Positions 22,274-33,455 of a stretch of 64,000 nt of DNA are shown here, one piece after another (position 1 is the first letter of the stretch; every line of letters starts with the position of its first letter). This DNA comes from an uncultured Candidatus Rokubacteria bacterium (GTDB lineage: Bacteria > Methylomirabilota > Methylomirabilia > Rokubacteriales > CSP1-6): NCBI GenBank assembly GCA_963789955.1, contig CAWBMV010000001.1, forward strand, positions 192,001 to 256,000. The letters are read 5' to 3'. Both the position numbers and the translations under genes were made by a program. A model generated the notes under the pieces. The model saw nothing but the letters and a program-made list of their open reading frames with translations, was not told the DNA's origin and did no database searches.

Positions 22274-22770
22274 CGGCCGCTCGGCGGGCGCCGTCGTATC
22301 GCGGCCTTTCGCATCTGTCGGCGAAAGGCGACGCCCGCATGGTGGACGTCTCGGACAAACGCGAGACGGTTCGCGAAGCGGTCGCCCGGGCGATTCTTCG
22401 GATGAAGCCCGCGACGCTCCGTGTCATTCGCCAGGGTAACGCCCCGAAGGGTGACGTGCTCGGCGTCGCGCGCACCGCGGGCATCCTCGCCGCCAAGCGC
22501 ACTCCGCAGCTGATCCCGCTCTGTCATCCGCTGCGCATCACCGGTGTCGACGTCACGTTCGGCGACGATCTGAAGCGCGGTGAGCTGACCGTGGAAGCGC
22601 GCGTGCGCACCGTCGACAAGACCGGCGTCGAGATGGAAGCGCTCACCGCCGCCGCGGTCGCGGCGCTCACCGTGTACGACATGGTGAAGGCCGTGGAGCG
22701 CGGCGTGACGATCGCGAAAGTCCAGCTCGTCGAAAAGCTCGGGGGCAAATCCGGCCACTGGCGCCGATGA
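22270..22770 (+). CDS. moaC: Cyclic pyranopterin monophosphate synthase
   Basis: LSHL..KGDARMVDVS, AAKRTPQLIPLCH, TGVEMEALT, YDMVKAV; probable CTG start overlapping the upstream TGA. Confidence 0.95.
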   Translation: MTAARRAPSYRGLSHLSAKGDARMVDVSDKRETVREAVARAILRMKPATLRVIRQGNAPKGDVLGVARTAGILAAKRTPQLIPLCHPLRITGVDVTFGDDLKRGELTVEARVRTVDKTGVEMEALTAAAVAALTVYDMVKAVERGVTIAKVQLVEKLGGKSGHWRR

Positions 22771-22896
22771 CGAGCGAGCCAGTCGAACTCCCGGCGGGGC
22801 CCGAAAACCTCCCGCGATGAACATCGCCTTGCGGAGCCGGCTCGCACCTATCTCAGGCCACCCTCGGTCCGAGCCGGGCTCAAGGTCCCCGCTACA

Positions 22897-24027
22897 ATGA
22901 ACAACCGGCGCTGATCTATTCCGACGCGTGGACCCGCTTCGACTACGGTCCGCAGCATCCGCTACGGATGGAACGGCTCGGTCTCACGTGGCGCCTCATG
23001 CAGGCGTACAACCTCACGACGTTGCCGCAGGCCACGGTGCGCGCGCCCGAGCCCGCGCCCGAGAGCGCGATCGCCGTCTATCACGGGACCGACTATCTCG
23101 AGATGCTCAAGGCCTCGAACAGCGGGCAGGCACCCGCGGCGGCCGCGCGCTTCGGTCTCGGCCCCGGCGACAATCCGGTGTTCCCCGGTCTCTGGGACGC
23201 CGCGCGGTTGTGCGCGGCCGGCTCGATCATGGCGGCCGACCTCGTCCTGAACGGCGAGGCGGAGCGCGTCTTCCATTTCGCGGGGGGTCTGCACCACGCG
23301 ATGCCCTCGCGCGCGTCGGGCTTCTGCTACGTCAACGACGCCGTGCTGGCGATCCTCCGATTCCGCGAGCGCGGGCTCCGCGTGCTCTACGTCGACATCG
23401 ACGCCCATCACGGTGACGGGGTGCAGCACGCGTTCTACGGCGACCCGGACGTCCTGACGATCTCGACCCACGAGCGGGGTGACTATCTCTTCCCGGGTAC
23501 CGGGTTCGTCGAGGAGGCGGGGTCGGGCGCCGGGGTCGGCTACTCGGTGAATCTCCCGCTCGAGCCGTTCACCGACTCGGCCGTGTACCTGCCGGCGTTC
23601 GAGCAGGTCGTCCCGCCGCTGTTCGGCGCGTTTCGGCCGGACGTCGTCGTCGCGCAGCTCGGCATCGACTCGCACCGCACCGACCCGCTGACGCACCTGG
23701 CCCTGGACATTCAGGGGTTCACGCGCGCCCTGTCGCGCATCACGGAGCTCTCGCCCAAGCTCGTCTGTCTCGGCGGCGGCGGCTACGACCTGCCCAATGT
23801 CGCGCGCGCGTGGACGTCGGCGTGGGCCGTGCTGAACGGCGTCGAGCTTCCGGCCGCGCTCCCCGCGTCGTTCGCGGCGGACATGAAGCGCTACGAGTTT
23901 CTGACCGACTCGCTCTGGGATCCGCCGGAGCCGCTCCCCGAGCACCGGCTCGTGCGCGCGCAGGAATTCGCCCAGGCGTCAGGTCGACGCGATCCGGCGG
24001 ACCATCTTTCCCTTCCATCGGCTCTAG
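22897..24027 (+). CDS. acuC: AcuC/histone-deacetylase-family Zn-dependent deacetylase, frameshifts at both ends
   Basis: DYGPQHPLRMERL, GGLHHA...ASGFCYVND, YVDIDAHHGDG, DSHRTDPL, GGGGY. Confidence 0.9.
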
Positions 24028-24135
24028 AGACGACGCCGTTCGCCTTCAGCGTGAGCCCGGGGTTCCCCCGACTGTAAACCTGGGGGGTATGCGTTACACT
24101 GAGACAGTCGTCGTCACGAGACCGATTGACCGGAC

Positions 24136-26375
24136 ATGAAATTCACCCTGCGGCTCGTCAGCGCGCTCTGGCTCTCGGTGATGCTGGTCATCGGGGCCTT
24201 TGCGTATCTCCAGATCCGCGAGGAGCGTGAGCGGCTCGTCGGCGACCTGCAGCGCCGCGCGATGCTGATCTCGGAAGGGCTCAGCGACGCGATCGAGGCC
24301 GCCGCGGCCAAGCAGTCGCCGGCGGCCATCGAGCGCATCGTCAAGAAGTTCGGTCAGTCGCAGCGCGGGATCGCCGTCTACGATCGGTTCGCCAACCAGC
24401 GGTTCGCCACGCCCGACATCGCGCCGATCCTGCCGCCGTCCCTGCCCGAGGTGACCGAGGCGATCTCGCGGAACTCGGCGACCCAGGGCTACCGGACCTT
24501 GGGCGACCGCGCCGCGTCTTCATCTATGCCACGCCGCTCATCGCCGACGACCAGCCGGTCGGCGCGATCGCGGTGCTGCAGGACGCCTCGCACCTGGAGC
24601 GAGCGGAGTGGGACCGCTGGAGCTATAACGCCGTGCGGTTCCTCGTGTTGGCGTTCGTCATCTCCGTCATCATCGCGCTCGTGGTGAAGTTCAGCATCAC
24701 CCGGCCGATGGCGGAGATCTCGCAGTGGACGCGGGCCCTCCGCAGCGGCCGGCCGGTCCCCCCGCCGCGCAACGTCGCCGACGCCAACATGTTCGGGCCG
24801 CTCGCGCTCGAGGTCTCCCGCCTCGCGCGCAGCATGCAGCGGGCCCAGGCCGCGGCCGAGCAGGAGGCCGCGCTGCGGTTGTCCGGCGAGAGCATCTGGA
24901 CCGAGGAGCGCCTGAAGCAGTTCGTCCAGATGCAGCTCAACGGCCGGCTATTGGTCGTGGTGTCGAACCGCGAGCCGGTGAGCCACGTGTGGCGGGGCGG
25001 CCAGATCCACGCCCAGGCTCCGGCCAGCGGGCTCGTGACCGCGATGGATCCGGTGATGCGCGCGTGCGGCGGTGTCTGGGTCGCGCACGGCAGCGGCGAC
25101 GCCGACCGGGAGACCGTGGACGGCCGCGGCCGCATCGGCGTGCCGGTCGACGATCCGCGCTACACGCTGCGGCGGGTGTGGCTCACGAAGGAGGAGGAGC
25201 AGGGGTACTACTCCGGCTTCTCGAACGAGGGGCTGTGGCCGCTGTGCCACATCGTGCACACGCGCCCGGTGTTCCGGCCCGACGACTGGTCGTACTACCT
25301 CGAGGTGAACCAGAAGTTCGCCGACACCGTGCTGGACCAGATCAAGGACGCCGAGTCGCCCCTGGTGCTCATCCAGGACTATCACTTCGCGCCGCTGTCG
25401 GCGCTCATCAAGGCCGAGCGCCCCGACGCGCGGGTCGCCATCTTCTGGCACATCCCGTGGCCCAACTTCGAGGCGTTCGGGATCTGCCCGTGGCAGCGCG
25501 AGCTCTTGCTCGGCATGCTCGGCGCCGACCTGATCGGCTTCCACACCCAGTACTACTGCAACAACTTCCTGGAGACGGTCGACCGCGCGCTCGAGGCGCG
25601 CATCGACTGGGAGCGCTTCGCGGTGACGCGCGGCGAGCACACGACGTACGTGAAGCCGTTCCCGATCAGCGTCGCGCCCGAGTTCGTCGACGACCCGCTG
25701 CGCGTCTCCCGGGCCGAGCTCCTGCGCCGGCTCGGAATCCAGGCCGAGTTCATCGGGGTGGGGGTCGAGCGCATCGACTACACCAAGGGCTTGCCGGAGC
25801 GGATCCGGGCGCTGCGCTTCTTCTTCGAGACCTATCCCGAATACCGCGAGCGGCTCGTATTCGTGCAGCTCGCCGCCCCCAGCCGCGGGATGATCGATCG
25901 CTACCAGGAGATCCAGCGCGAGGTCGAGGACGGGGTCAGGGAGCTGAACCAGACGTTCCAGACGAAGACATGGCGGCCCTTCCTCTATCTGAAGGCGCAT
26001 CATGAGCACCGCGACATCTGGGCCTACTACCGCCACGCCGACTTCTGCATGGTGACCTCGCTCCACGACGGCATGAACCTGGTGGCGAAGGAGTTCGTCT
26101 CGGTGCGCGACGACGAGGACGGCGCGCTCATCCTGAGCCGCTTCGCCGGCGCCTCGCACGAGCTGCGCGACGCCCTGATCGTGAACCCCTACGACCTCGC
26201 CGGCATGGCCGAGGCAGTACGCGCCGCGCTCGAGATGCAGCCCGAGGAGCGGCGGGCGCGGATGATCCGGATGCGCCATTCGGTCGTCGATCACAACATC
26301 TATCGGTGGGCGGGGCTCCTGCTGAGCGAGCTGGCGCGGATTCCCGTCGAGACCACGGGCGCGAAGGCGTCCTGA
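24136..26375 (+). CDS. otsA: Trehalose-6-phosphate synthase fused to an N-terminal TM-periplasmic sensor-TM-HAMP module, frameshift ~24515
   Basis: Two TM helices flanking an ~130-aa domain, HAMP-like ITRPMAEISQW...LALEV; GT20 motifs YYSGFSNEGLWPLCH, DYH, FWHIPWP, ERIDYTKG, DGMNLVAKE. Confidence 0.9.
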
Positions 26376-27155
26376 GTCTTCCGGTGCGTCTCCTCGACCG
26401 TCTCGACCGGGAGCTCGGGGAGGGCGCCGGTCTCATCGTGATTCTCGACTACGACGGCACCCTGACGCCGCTGGTCTCGTCGCCCGGCGCGGCGTTCCTG
26501 GCGCCGTCGGTTCGCGCGAACCTCGCGCGCCTGGCCGCGGTCCGATCGAGCGCGTCTCGCCATCCTGTCGGGCCGCGGTCTCGCCGACCTTCGCGCGCGG
26601 GTCGCGCTGGACAACGTCGTCTACGGCGGCTGCCACGGGCTCGAGATCGCCGGCCGGCGTCTTCACTTCCGCCACCCGCGCGCCCATCGGTCGGGCGTGG
26701 CGGCGACCGAGCGCGCCCTGGCGGCCGCGCTCCCCACGGTGCCGGGCGCGCTCCTGGAGTGCAAGGGACTGGTCGTGAGCCTGCACTATCGCCACGTGAT
26801 GCCGGCGCGCCGAGCCGCCGTCCGCGAGATCGCCGAGCAGGTGCTGAGCCGGCGCCCCGATCTGCTACTCATCGCCGGCCATCTCGTCTTCGACTTCATG
26901 CCTCGGATCGGCTGGCACAAGGGCACCGCGGCGCAGTGGATGGTGAGCCGGCTCGTGCGCACCTTGCCCGCGCGTCGGGCGGTCATCGTCTACGCCGGCG
27001 ACGACGCGTCGGACGAGATGGCGTTCGCGGCGCTGCGCGGGCGCGCGCTGACGATTCACGTCGGATCGAAGCCGACGGCCGCCGAGTATCGCGTGCGCGG
27101 CGTGCGGGACGTTCAGGCGCTCCTGCACCGGATGGTCTCCGCGCTGGCCTCGTGA
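26372..27155 (+). CDS. otsB: Trehalose-6-phosphate phosphatase, frameshift ~26550
   Basis: LDYDGTLTPL, AILSGR, YGGCHGLEI, LHYR, HKG, YAGDDASDE HAD motifs. Confidence 0.9.
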
Positions 27156-27159
27156 CGCC

Positions 27160-27828
27160 ATGACGCAGGGCACCGCCACCCGCCCGTTCAAGTTCGCCGG
27201 ATGTGTCGAGCTGCGACAGGCGCTCGACGTCCACGCGCTGGACGTGCGCGAGCTGCGGCAGCGGATCGAGGAGGCGCCCGCCGGCTCGATCTTCTTCCAC
27301 ACGTTCGGCTACTTCCTGCGTCACCGCGTGTTCACCACCGCCTACGGCAACGACTTCGCGCGGTGGGCCGCCAACGAGATCGGCGACCAGGCGCTGGCCG
27401 AGCGCCTCGCCGTCGTCGATCCGTTCGCGTTCTCGAACCTCGACGACCTGCGCGAGCACCTGGTGACGATCCTCCAGGACCATCTGCGCGGCCGCGAGGC
27501 CGAGCGCCGGGTGGAATTCGATCGCGGATTTCACTTCCAGCAGTCGCAGGTCGTCGAGGTCCCGCTCGGGGTGGCGGCCCAAACGCTCGGCGAGTTCCGG
27601 GCCGGCCTGGCGACCGTGGACGAAAGCGCGATCTATCTGCACACGGTGGAGACGCGCGCCCGCCAGCGCCACGCCGAGTCCTTCGCCGACTGGGTGCGCG
27701 AAGCGCTCGAGATGCCAGAGCTCGCCGAGCGGTTCGAGCGGATCGATCCGTACCTGACGACCATCGAGCGGATCCGAGGCCGGCTCCTCGGCCTCGTCGA
27801 CGTGGCGCTCGACGAGGCGCGGCGATGA
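27160..27828 (+). CDS. DUF5752 / OrfY-like protein
   Basis: Two repeats of PF.F...A....EL......SI..H...NDFA.W..L....LAERL..DP; sits directly upstream of a treT-like gene. Confidence 0.8.
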   Translation: MTQGTATRPFKFAGCVELRQALDVHALDVRELRQRIEEAPAGSIFFHTFGYFLRHRVFTTAYGNDFARWAANEIGDQALAERLAVVDPFAFSNLDDLREHLVTILQDHLRGREAERRVEFDRGFHFQQSQVVEVPLGVAAQTLGEFRAGLATVDESAIYLHTVETRARQRHAESFADWVREALEMPELAERFERIDPYLTTIERIRGRLLGLVDVALDEARR

Positions 27829-29015
27829 GCCGTATCGACGACTACCGTCGCGTCGCGATCCCCGGCGCGGTCGACTTCATTCTGAAGCTCGCCGAGCAGG
27901 TGCAGGGACGGCGCTTCCTCTCCGTGACCGGCGGGCGCCTGGGCGGCGGCGCGGCCGAGGCGCTGCGAACGGCGATGCCGATCCTGAGCGAGCTCGGCGT
28001 CGACACGCGCTGGGAGGTGACCGGCGGCGATACTGCTTACTACACGACAGCGCGCTCTTTACAAGCCGCGCTCGAGGGCGAGGAGCGCGTGCTCAGCGAC
28101 GAGGGGCTCGCGCGCTGGGTGGACATGAACGGGCTCAACGCCAAGAAGCTCGACCTCGAGGCCGACGTGACCGTCGTGCACGACAGCCAGCCGGCCAGTC
28201 TCGTGAGCGCCCGGACCGGCGGCCGGTGGGTCTGGCGCTGCCACTTCGATTGCTCGTCGGCGCAGGCGGGGCCGTGGGCCTTCTTCCGGCGGTTCGCGGA
28301 CCAGTACGACGCCGCCGTCTTCGGGCTCCCCGGGTTCGAGGGACGGCTCGGCATCCCGATGTACATCGTGGCGCCGTCGATCGATCCGCTCTCCGAGCGC
28401 AATCGCGACCTCGCGCCGCGCGAGGTGAGCGAGATCCTCGCCTCGCTCGGGGTGGCGCGCGACAAGCCCCTGCTCGTGCAGGTCGGGCGGTTCGCGCGCG
28501 CGTGCGACCCGCTCGGCGTGATCAACGCCTACCGGCTCGTCAAGAAGCACCACGACGTGCGGCTGGTCCTGGCCGGCACGGCCGACGGCGAGCCGGAGCG
28601 GCTCGAGCTCCTGTCCCAGCTCCTCGAGGCGGCTCACGAGGATCACGACGTGATCGTGCTCGAGCTGCCGCCGGAGGCGCACCGTCAGGTGAACGCGCTG
28701 CAGCGCGCCGCCACGATCGTGCTGCAGAAATCGGTGCGCGCCGAGTTCGACCTCGGTCCGGCGGAGGCGATGTGGAAGGGCAAGCCCGTGGTCGGCGGCT
28801 ACGCCGGCGGGCTCGCGCAGCAGATCATCACGAACGTGACCGGCTACACGGTGCACTCGGTCGAGGGCGCGGCCTTCCGCATCCGCCACCTTCTCAACAA
28901 CCCCGAGCTGATCCCGCGCATGGGCGCGGCGGGGCGCGAGCACGTCCGGCGGTCCTTCCTGATCACACGCGAGCTCGTCGACGGGCTGGCCCTCGGCGTC
29001 CATCTGACGCGATGA
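27825..29015 (+). CDS. TreT-like GT4 glycosyltransferase with degenerate donor-binding motifs
   Basis: [56 protein letters not shown]. Confidence 0.85.
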   Translation: MSRIDDYRRVAIPGAVDFILKLAEQVQGRRFLSVTGGRLGGGAAEALRTAMPILSELGVDTRWEVTGGDTAYYTTARSLQAALEGEERVLSDEGLARWVDMNGLNAKKLDLEADVTVVHDSQPASLVSARTGGRWVWRCHFDCSSAQAGPWAFFRRFADQYDAAVFGLPGFEGRLGIPMYIVAPSIDPLSERNRDLAPREVSEILASLGVARDKPLLVQVGRFARACDPLGVINAYRLVKKHHDVRLVLAGTADGEPERLELLSQLLEAAHEDHDVIVLELPPEAHRQVNALQRAATIVLQKSVRAEFDLGPAEAMWKGKPVVGGYAGGLAQQIITNVTGYTVHSVEGAAFRIRHLLNNPELIPRMGAAGREHVRRSFLITRELVDGLALGVHLTR

Positions 29016-30272
29016 GCGCCGTCGCCGTCGGCCCGGAGCTCCCGCCCGACGTCGACCGGCAGCTCGACGGCCTGCCCCCGGCGGAGCTCGCGGTCGTCGT
29101 CCTGACGTACAACAACGCCGCGACCGTCCCGACGGTCGTCGACGCGATCCGCGGCGGCCTCGAGAAGCACCTCACCGGCACGCCGGCCGTCCTGATCAAC
29201 GCCGACGCCGGCTCGTCGGACGCCACCGTGGAGCGGCTCGCCGACAGCGGGCTGCCGTTCGTGCGGGCCCAGCACGAGGCGCCGGCGGCGCGAGCTCGGC
29301 GCGGTGCCGTTTCACGGAGTGCCCGGACGCGGCGCGGCGCTGCGTCTGGCCGTCGGGGTCGCGCGCCGGCTCGGCGTTCGCGCGCTGCTCGTGCTCGAAG
29401 CGGACGTCACGTCGGTCACCGGCGAGTGGATCGAGCGACTCGTCCGGCCCGTGCTCGCGCACGGCGCCGATCTCGTGATGCCCGTGCACGCGCGCCACCG
29501 GTACGACGGCACGATCACCAATCTCGTGCTGGCTCCGCTCGTCGGCGCGCTGCTCGGCCGGCGGCTGCACCAGCCGCTCTCCGGCCCGCGCGCGCTCTCG
29601 GCGCGCCTGATCGAGCGCGTCACGGCGGTGCCCCAGTGGCCCGAGTCGGGCCGCAGCGTGACGGATCTCTGGATCACCGGCACCGCCCTCGCCGACGGCC
29701 TGTCGGTCCACGAGGCGCGGCTGGGCCGATGGCGGGTCGAGTCGAGTACGCGCACCGTCGACCTGCCGACGATGGTCGCGCAGACCCTGGGCGCCGTCTT
29801 CGCGCTGATGGACGACTACGAGGATCTGTGGCTCGATACCCCGATCGGCCCGCCCGTTCCGGCCGAGGGGCCGCCGGTCCTGCCGTCGGACGAGCCGGTG
29901 CAGATCGACGTCGAGCGCATGGTGGGCGCGTTCGCGCGAGGCCTGCGCGACCTCGGCACGATCTGGGAGCACGTGCTGGCGCCCGACACACTGGGCGACG
30001 TCATGAGCCTCGAGACGGACGACGTCGAGCGCTTCCGCTTCTCGGACGATCTGTGGGCGCGCGTGGTCTACGACTTCGCGCTCGGTCATCACTGGAGCGT
30101 CGTGTACCGCGATCACCTGCTGCGCTCGCTGGTGCCGCTCTATCTCGGCCGGACCGCCGCCTTCGTGCTGGCGACGCGCCGGCGCGACGCGATGGCGGCC
30201 GAGAGCGCCCTCGACGCCGTCGCCACCGCGTTCGAGCGGGAGAAGGCCTACCTGGTGGACCGCTGGCGATGA
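29012..30272 (+). CDS. GT2-like (GPG/MG synthase-related) glycosyltransferase, frameshift ~29290
   Basis: [61 protein letters not shown]. Confidence 0.8.
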
Positions 30273-31951
30273 AGAACACCGCGCGCGACTGGTACAAGGA
30301 CGCGGTCTTCTACGAGGTGCACGTCAAGGCGTTCAAGGACGCCAACGGCGACGGCATCGGCGATTTCGCGGGGCTGACCGAGAGCCTCGATTACATCCAG
30401 GAGCTCGGGGTCGACTGCCTGTGGATCCTGCCGATGTATCCCTCGCCGCTGCGGGACGACGGCTACGACATCGCCGACTTCTACGGGATCCACCCCTCGT
30501 ACGGGACGGTCGAGGACTTCCAGAAGTTCCTGGACGCGGCGCACGCCCGCGACCTGCGCGTCATCACCGACCTCGTGATGAACCACACCTCGGACCAGCA
30601 CCCGTGGTTCCAGGCCTCGCGCTCGAGCGCGGCCTCGCCGTACGCCGACTACTACGTGTGGAGCTCGTCCGACCGCCGCTTCGCGGACGCCCGGATCATC
30701 TTCGTCGACACCGAGAAGTCCAACTGGACCCTGGATCCGACGCGCCGCGAGTACTACTGGCACCGGTTCTTCAGCCACCAGCCCGACCTGAACTACGACA
30801 ACCCCGCGGTGCGCCGCTCGATGCTCGACGTGATGCGCTTCTGGCTCGACCGCGGCCTCGACGGATTCCGCTGCGACGCGGTGCCGTACCTCGTCGAGCG
30901 CGAGGGCACCAGCTGCGAGAACCTGCCGGAGACGCACGCGATCCTCAAGGAGTTCCGCGCGGTGATCGACCAGGAGTACGGCGGCGACCGGATCCTGCTC
31001 GCGGAAGCGAACCAGTGGCCCGAGGACGTGCGGCCCTATTTCGGCAACGGCGACGAGTTCCACATGTCGTTCCACTTCCCGCTGATGCCGCGGCTCTATC
31101 TCGGGCTCCGGCTCGAGGACACCCGGCCGATCACCGACATCTTCACGCACACGCCGCCGATCCCGCCGGCCTGCCAGTGGGGCCTGTTCTTGAGGAATCA
31201 CGACGAGCTGACGCTCGAGATGGTGACGAACGAAGAGCGCGCGTTCATGTACTACGCCTACGCGCACGAGCCGGACATGAAGCTCAACCTCGGCATTCGC
31301 CGGCGGCTGGCGCCGCTCCTGGACGGCGATCGGCGGCGCGTGGAGCTCCTGAACTGCCTGCTGCTGACCTTGCCGGGGAGCCCCATCATCTATTACGGCG
31401 ACGAGATCGGCATGGGCGACAACGTCTACCTCGGCGACCGCAACGGCGTGCGCACGCCGATGCAGTGGTCACGGGACCGCAACGCCGGGTTCTCGAGCGT
31501 CGATCACGGGCAGCTCTACCTGCCGGTCATCACCGATCCCGTCTACGGCTACGAGGCCGTGAACGTCGCGGCGCAGGCGCGACAGCCCTCGTCGCTCCTC
31601 AACACGATGCGGCGCCTCCTGGCGGCGCGCCGGACGTCGTCGGTGTTCGGGCGCGGCAGCATCGAGTTCCTGCGCCCGCGGAACTCGAAGGTCCTCGCCT
31701 TCCTGCGCCGCCACGCGCGCGAAACGCTCCTGATCGTCGCCAATCTCTCGGCGGCGCCCCAGCCGGTCGAGCTCGACCTTTCGGCCTTTGCCGGCGCCAC
31801 GCCGATCGAGATGCTGGGGGCGACCGCGTTCCCGACGATCCGGAAGGCGCCGTACTTCCTGAGCCTCGGTCCACACGGCTTCTACTGGTTCCGTCTGGAG
31901 CGTCCCGGCGATGGCGACGAGCCGTTCGGAATCGAGCGGACCGCGATCTGA
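30269..31951 (+). CDS. treS: Trehalose synthase (maltose alpha-D-glucosyltransferase)
   Basis: [61 protein letters not shown]. Confidence 0.97.
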   Translation: MKNTARDWYKDAVFYEVHVKAFKDANGDGIGDFAGLTESLDYIQELGVDCLWILPMYPSPLRDDGYDIADFYGIHPSYGTVEDFQKFLDAAHARDLRVITDLVMNHTSDQHPWFQASRSSAASPYADYYVWSSSDRRFADARIIFVDTEKSNWTLDPTRREYYWHRFFSHQPDLNYDNPAVRRSMLDVMRFWLDRGLDGFRCDAVPYLVEREGTSCENLPETHAILKEFRAVIDQEYGGDRILLAEANQWPEDVRPYFGNGDEFHMSFHFPLMPRLYLGLRLEDTRPITDIFTHTPPIPPACQWGLFLRNHDELTLEMVTNEERAFMYYAYAHEPDMKLNLGIRRRLAPLLDGDRRRVELLNCLLLTLPGSPIIYYGDEIGMGDNVYLGDRNGVRTPMQWSRDRNAGFSSVDHGQLYLPVITDPVYGYEAVNVAAQARQPSSLLNTMRRLLAARRTSSVFGRGSIEFLRPRNSKVLAFLRRHARETLLIVANLSAAPQPVELDLSAFAGATPIEMLGATAFPTIRKAPYFLSLGPHGFYWFRLERPGDGDEPFGIERTAI

Positions 31952-31964
31952 CGGGGCGCGCGAC

Positions 31965-33455
31965 GTGGAACCCGCCCGAATTGCCGCCGCGCTCGAGAGG
32001 GCGATCGCGGCCGAGCTGCCGCCGGCCTTGCCGGGCCAGCGCTGGTTCGGCGCCAAGGGCAGGGCGATCACCGGCGCGCGGCTGAGAGATGGCGCCGAGC
32101 TCGGGGAGCACGCCTGGCTCGCGCTCGTCGACGTGACGTTCGCCGAGGGCCCCGACGAGTCGTACGCGATCCCGCTCGTGCTCGGGGCCGACTCGAGCGC
32201 GGGGCCGAGCACCCTGTCGCTGACGCTCGAGCTGGATGGCGCGCGCGTCCGCGCGACCGATGCGTTCGATCATCCCGGCTTCTGTCTGGGGCTCCTGACC
32301 GGGTTCGAGCGCCAGTCGATCCTGTCGACCGTTCGCGGCGGCTCCGTCCGCTTCGTTCGCACCGATCGCTTCCCGCCACTCGCGTCCGCGGCCTCCGTCA
32401 CGCCGCGGCGATTGACCGGGGAGCAGAGCAACACCTCCGTGGTCTACGGCGACGTCCTGATCGTCAAGGCCCTGCGAAAGATCCAGCCCGGACCGAATCT
32501 CGACCACGAGGTCGGCGATTTCTTGACCTTCCGCGCGGGCTTCCCGCACGTGCCGCCGCTGGCGGGCGTGCTCGAGCACGTCGCGGCGACCGGAGACGTC
32601 ACGACGTTGGGTTTGCTCCAGCGCTTTGTCCCGAGCCACGGCGACGGCTGGCGCTGGGCCCTCGATCAGCTCGGGCGCCTGCGACGCGAGCAGGCAGCCG
32701 AGGTGTCCGAGCAGGTGTTTCGCGATCTGTCGCGCCTGGGGGTCGTGACGGCCGCCCTGCACGGTGCGCTCGCGTCCGATGCCACCGACCCGGCGTTCGC
32801 GCCCGAGCCGCTCACCGCCGCCGACGCGAACGCGTGGAGCGCGCGCGTCGTCGGCGACCTGGGCCGGACGTGTAGCGCGGTCCGCGCCCGTCTTGACGCG
32901 CTGCCGCCCGAGGTCGCGGCGGATGCGCGCGCGCTTCTGGCCAGCCAGAGTGCGTTGACCGAGCGGGCGCGCGAGCTCTCCGCGCTCGGTGCGGAGCAAT
33001 GCGCCAAGATCCGCGTTCACGGCGACTACCATCTGGGTCAGACGCTCCGCACCGACGCCGGCTTCGTCATTCTCGACTTCGAGGGCGAGCCGGCGCGGTC
33101 CGTCGCCGAGCGCCGGCAAAAGCAGTGTGTGCTCGTGGACGTGGCCGGCATGCTGCGCTCGCTCGACTACGCCGTGCACACCGCGCTGTCGCCGACCGGC
33201 ACGCCGTCGGAGGCGGGCGAGCGCTGGGTCCGGCGCGCCTCGGCGTCGTTTCTGGAGGGCTATCTGGACGAGATCGCGCGCGTGCCCACGCGGCTCTTGC
33301 CGGCGTCGCCGTCGGCGTTGTCCCGGGCGCTCTCGGTCTTCGAGCTCGATCGCGCGCTCTACGAAGTCCGCTACGAGCTCGACAATCGGCCGGCCTGGCT
33401 CGGCATCCCCTTGCGCGGGCTGGCGCGACTCCTGGCTCGCGAGCGCGCGTCGTGA
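31965..33455 (+). CDS. Maltokinase (Mak/Pep2)
   Basis: QRWFGAKGR, EQSNTS, RVHGDYHLGQ, LDFEGEP, DVAGMLRS, YEVRYE. Confidence 0.9.
   Translation: MEPARIAAALERAIAAELPPALPGQRWFGAKGRAITGARLRDGAELGEHAWLALVDVTFAEGPDESYAIPLVLGADSSAGPSTLSLTLELDGARVRATDAFDHPGFCLGLLTGFERQSILSTVRGGSVRFVRTDRFPPLASAASVTPRRLTGEQSNTSVVYGDVLIVKALRKIQPGPNLDHEVGDFLTFRAGFPHVPPLAGVLEHVAATGDVTTLGLLQRFVPSHGDGWRWALDQLGRLRREQAAEVSEQVFRDLSRLGVVTAALHGALASDATDPAFAPEPLTAADANAWSARVVGDLGRTCSAVRARLDALPPEVAADARALLASQSALTERARELSALGAEQCAKIRVHGDYHLGQTLRTDAGFVILDFEGEPARSVAERRQKQCVLVDVAGMLRSLDYAVHTALSPTGTPSEAGERWVRRASASFLEGYLDEIARVPTRLLPASPSALSRALSVFELDRALYEVRYELDNRPAWLGIPLRGLARLLARERAS

Noticed and set aside
22045..22770. DUF465-MoaC fusion
   Set aside because: One indel restores a normal DUF465 ending at 22273 and a separate moaC
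22775..22890. tRNA/tRNA-Sec or 6S RNA
   Set aside because: GTTCGACT on the minus strand has no closing T-stem or cloverleaf, and the region is too short and lacks the 6S central bubble
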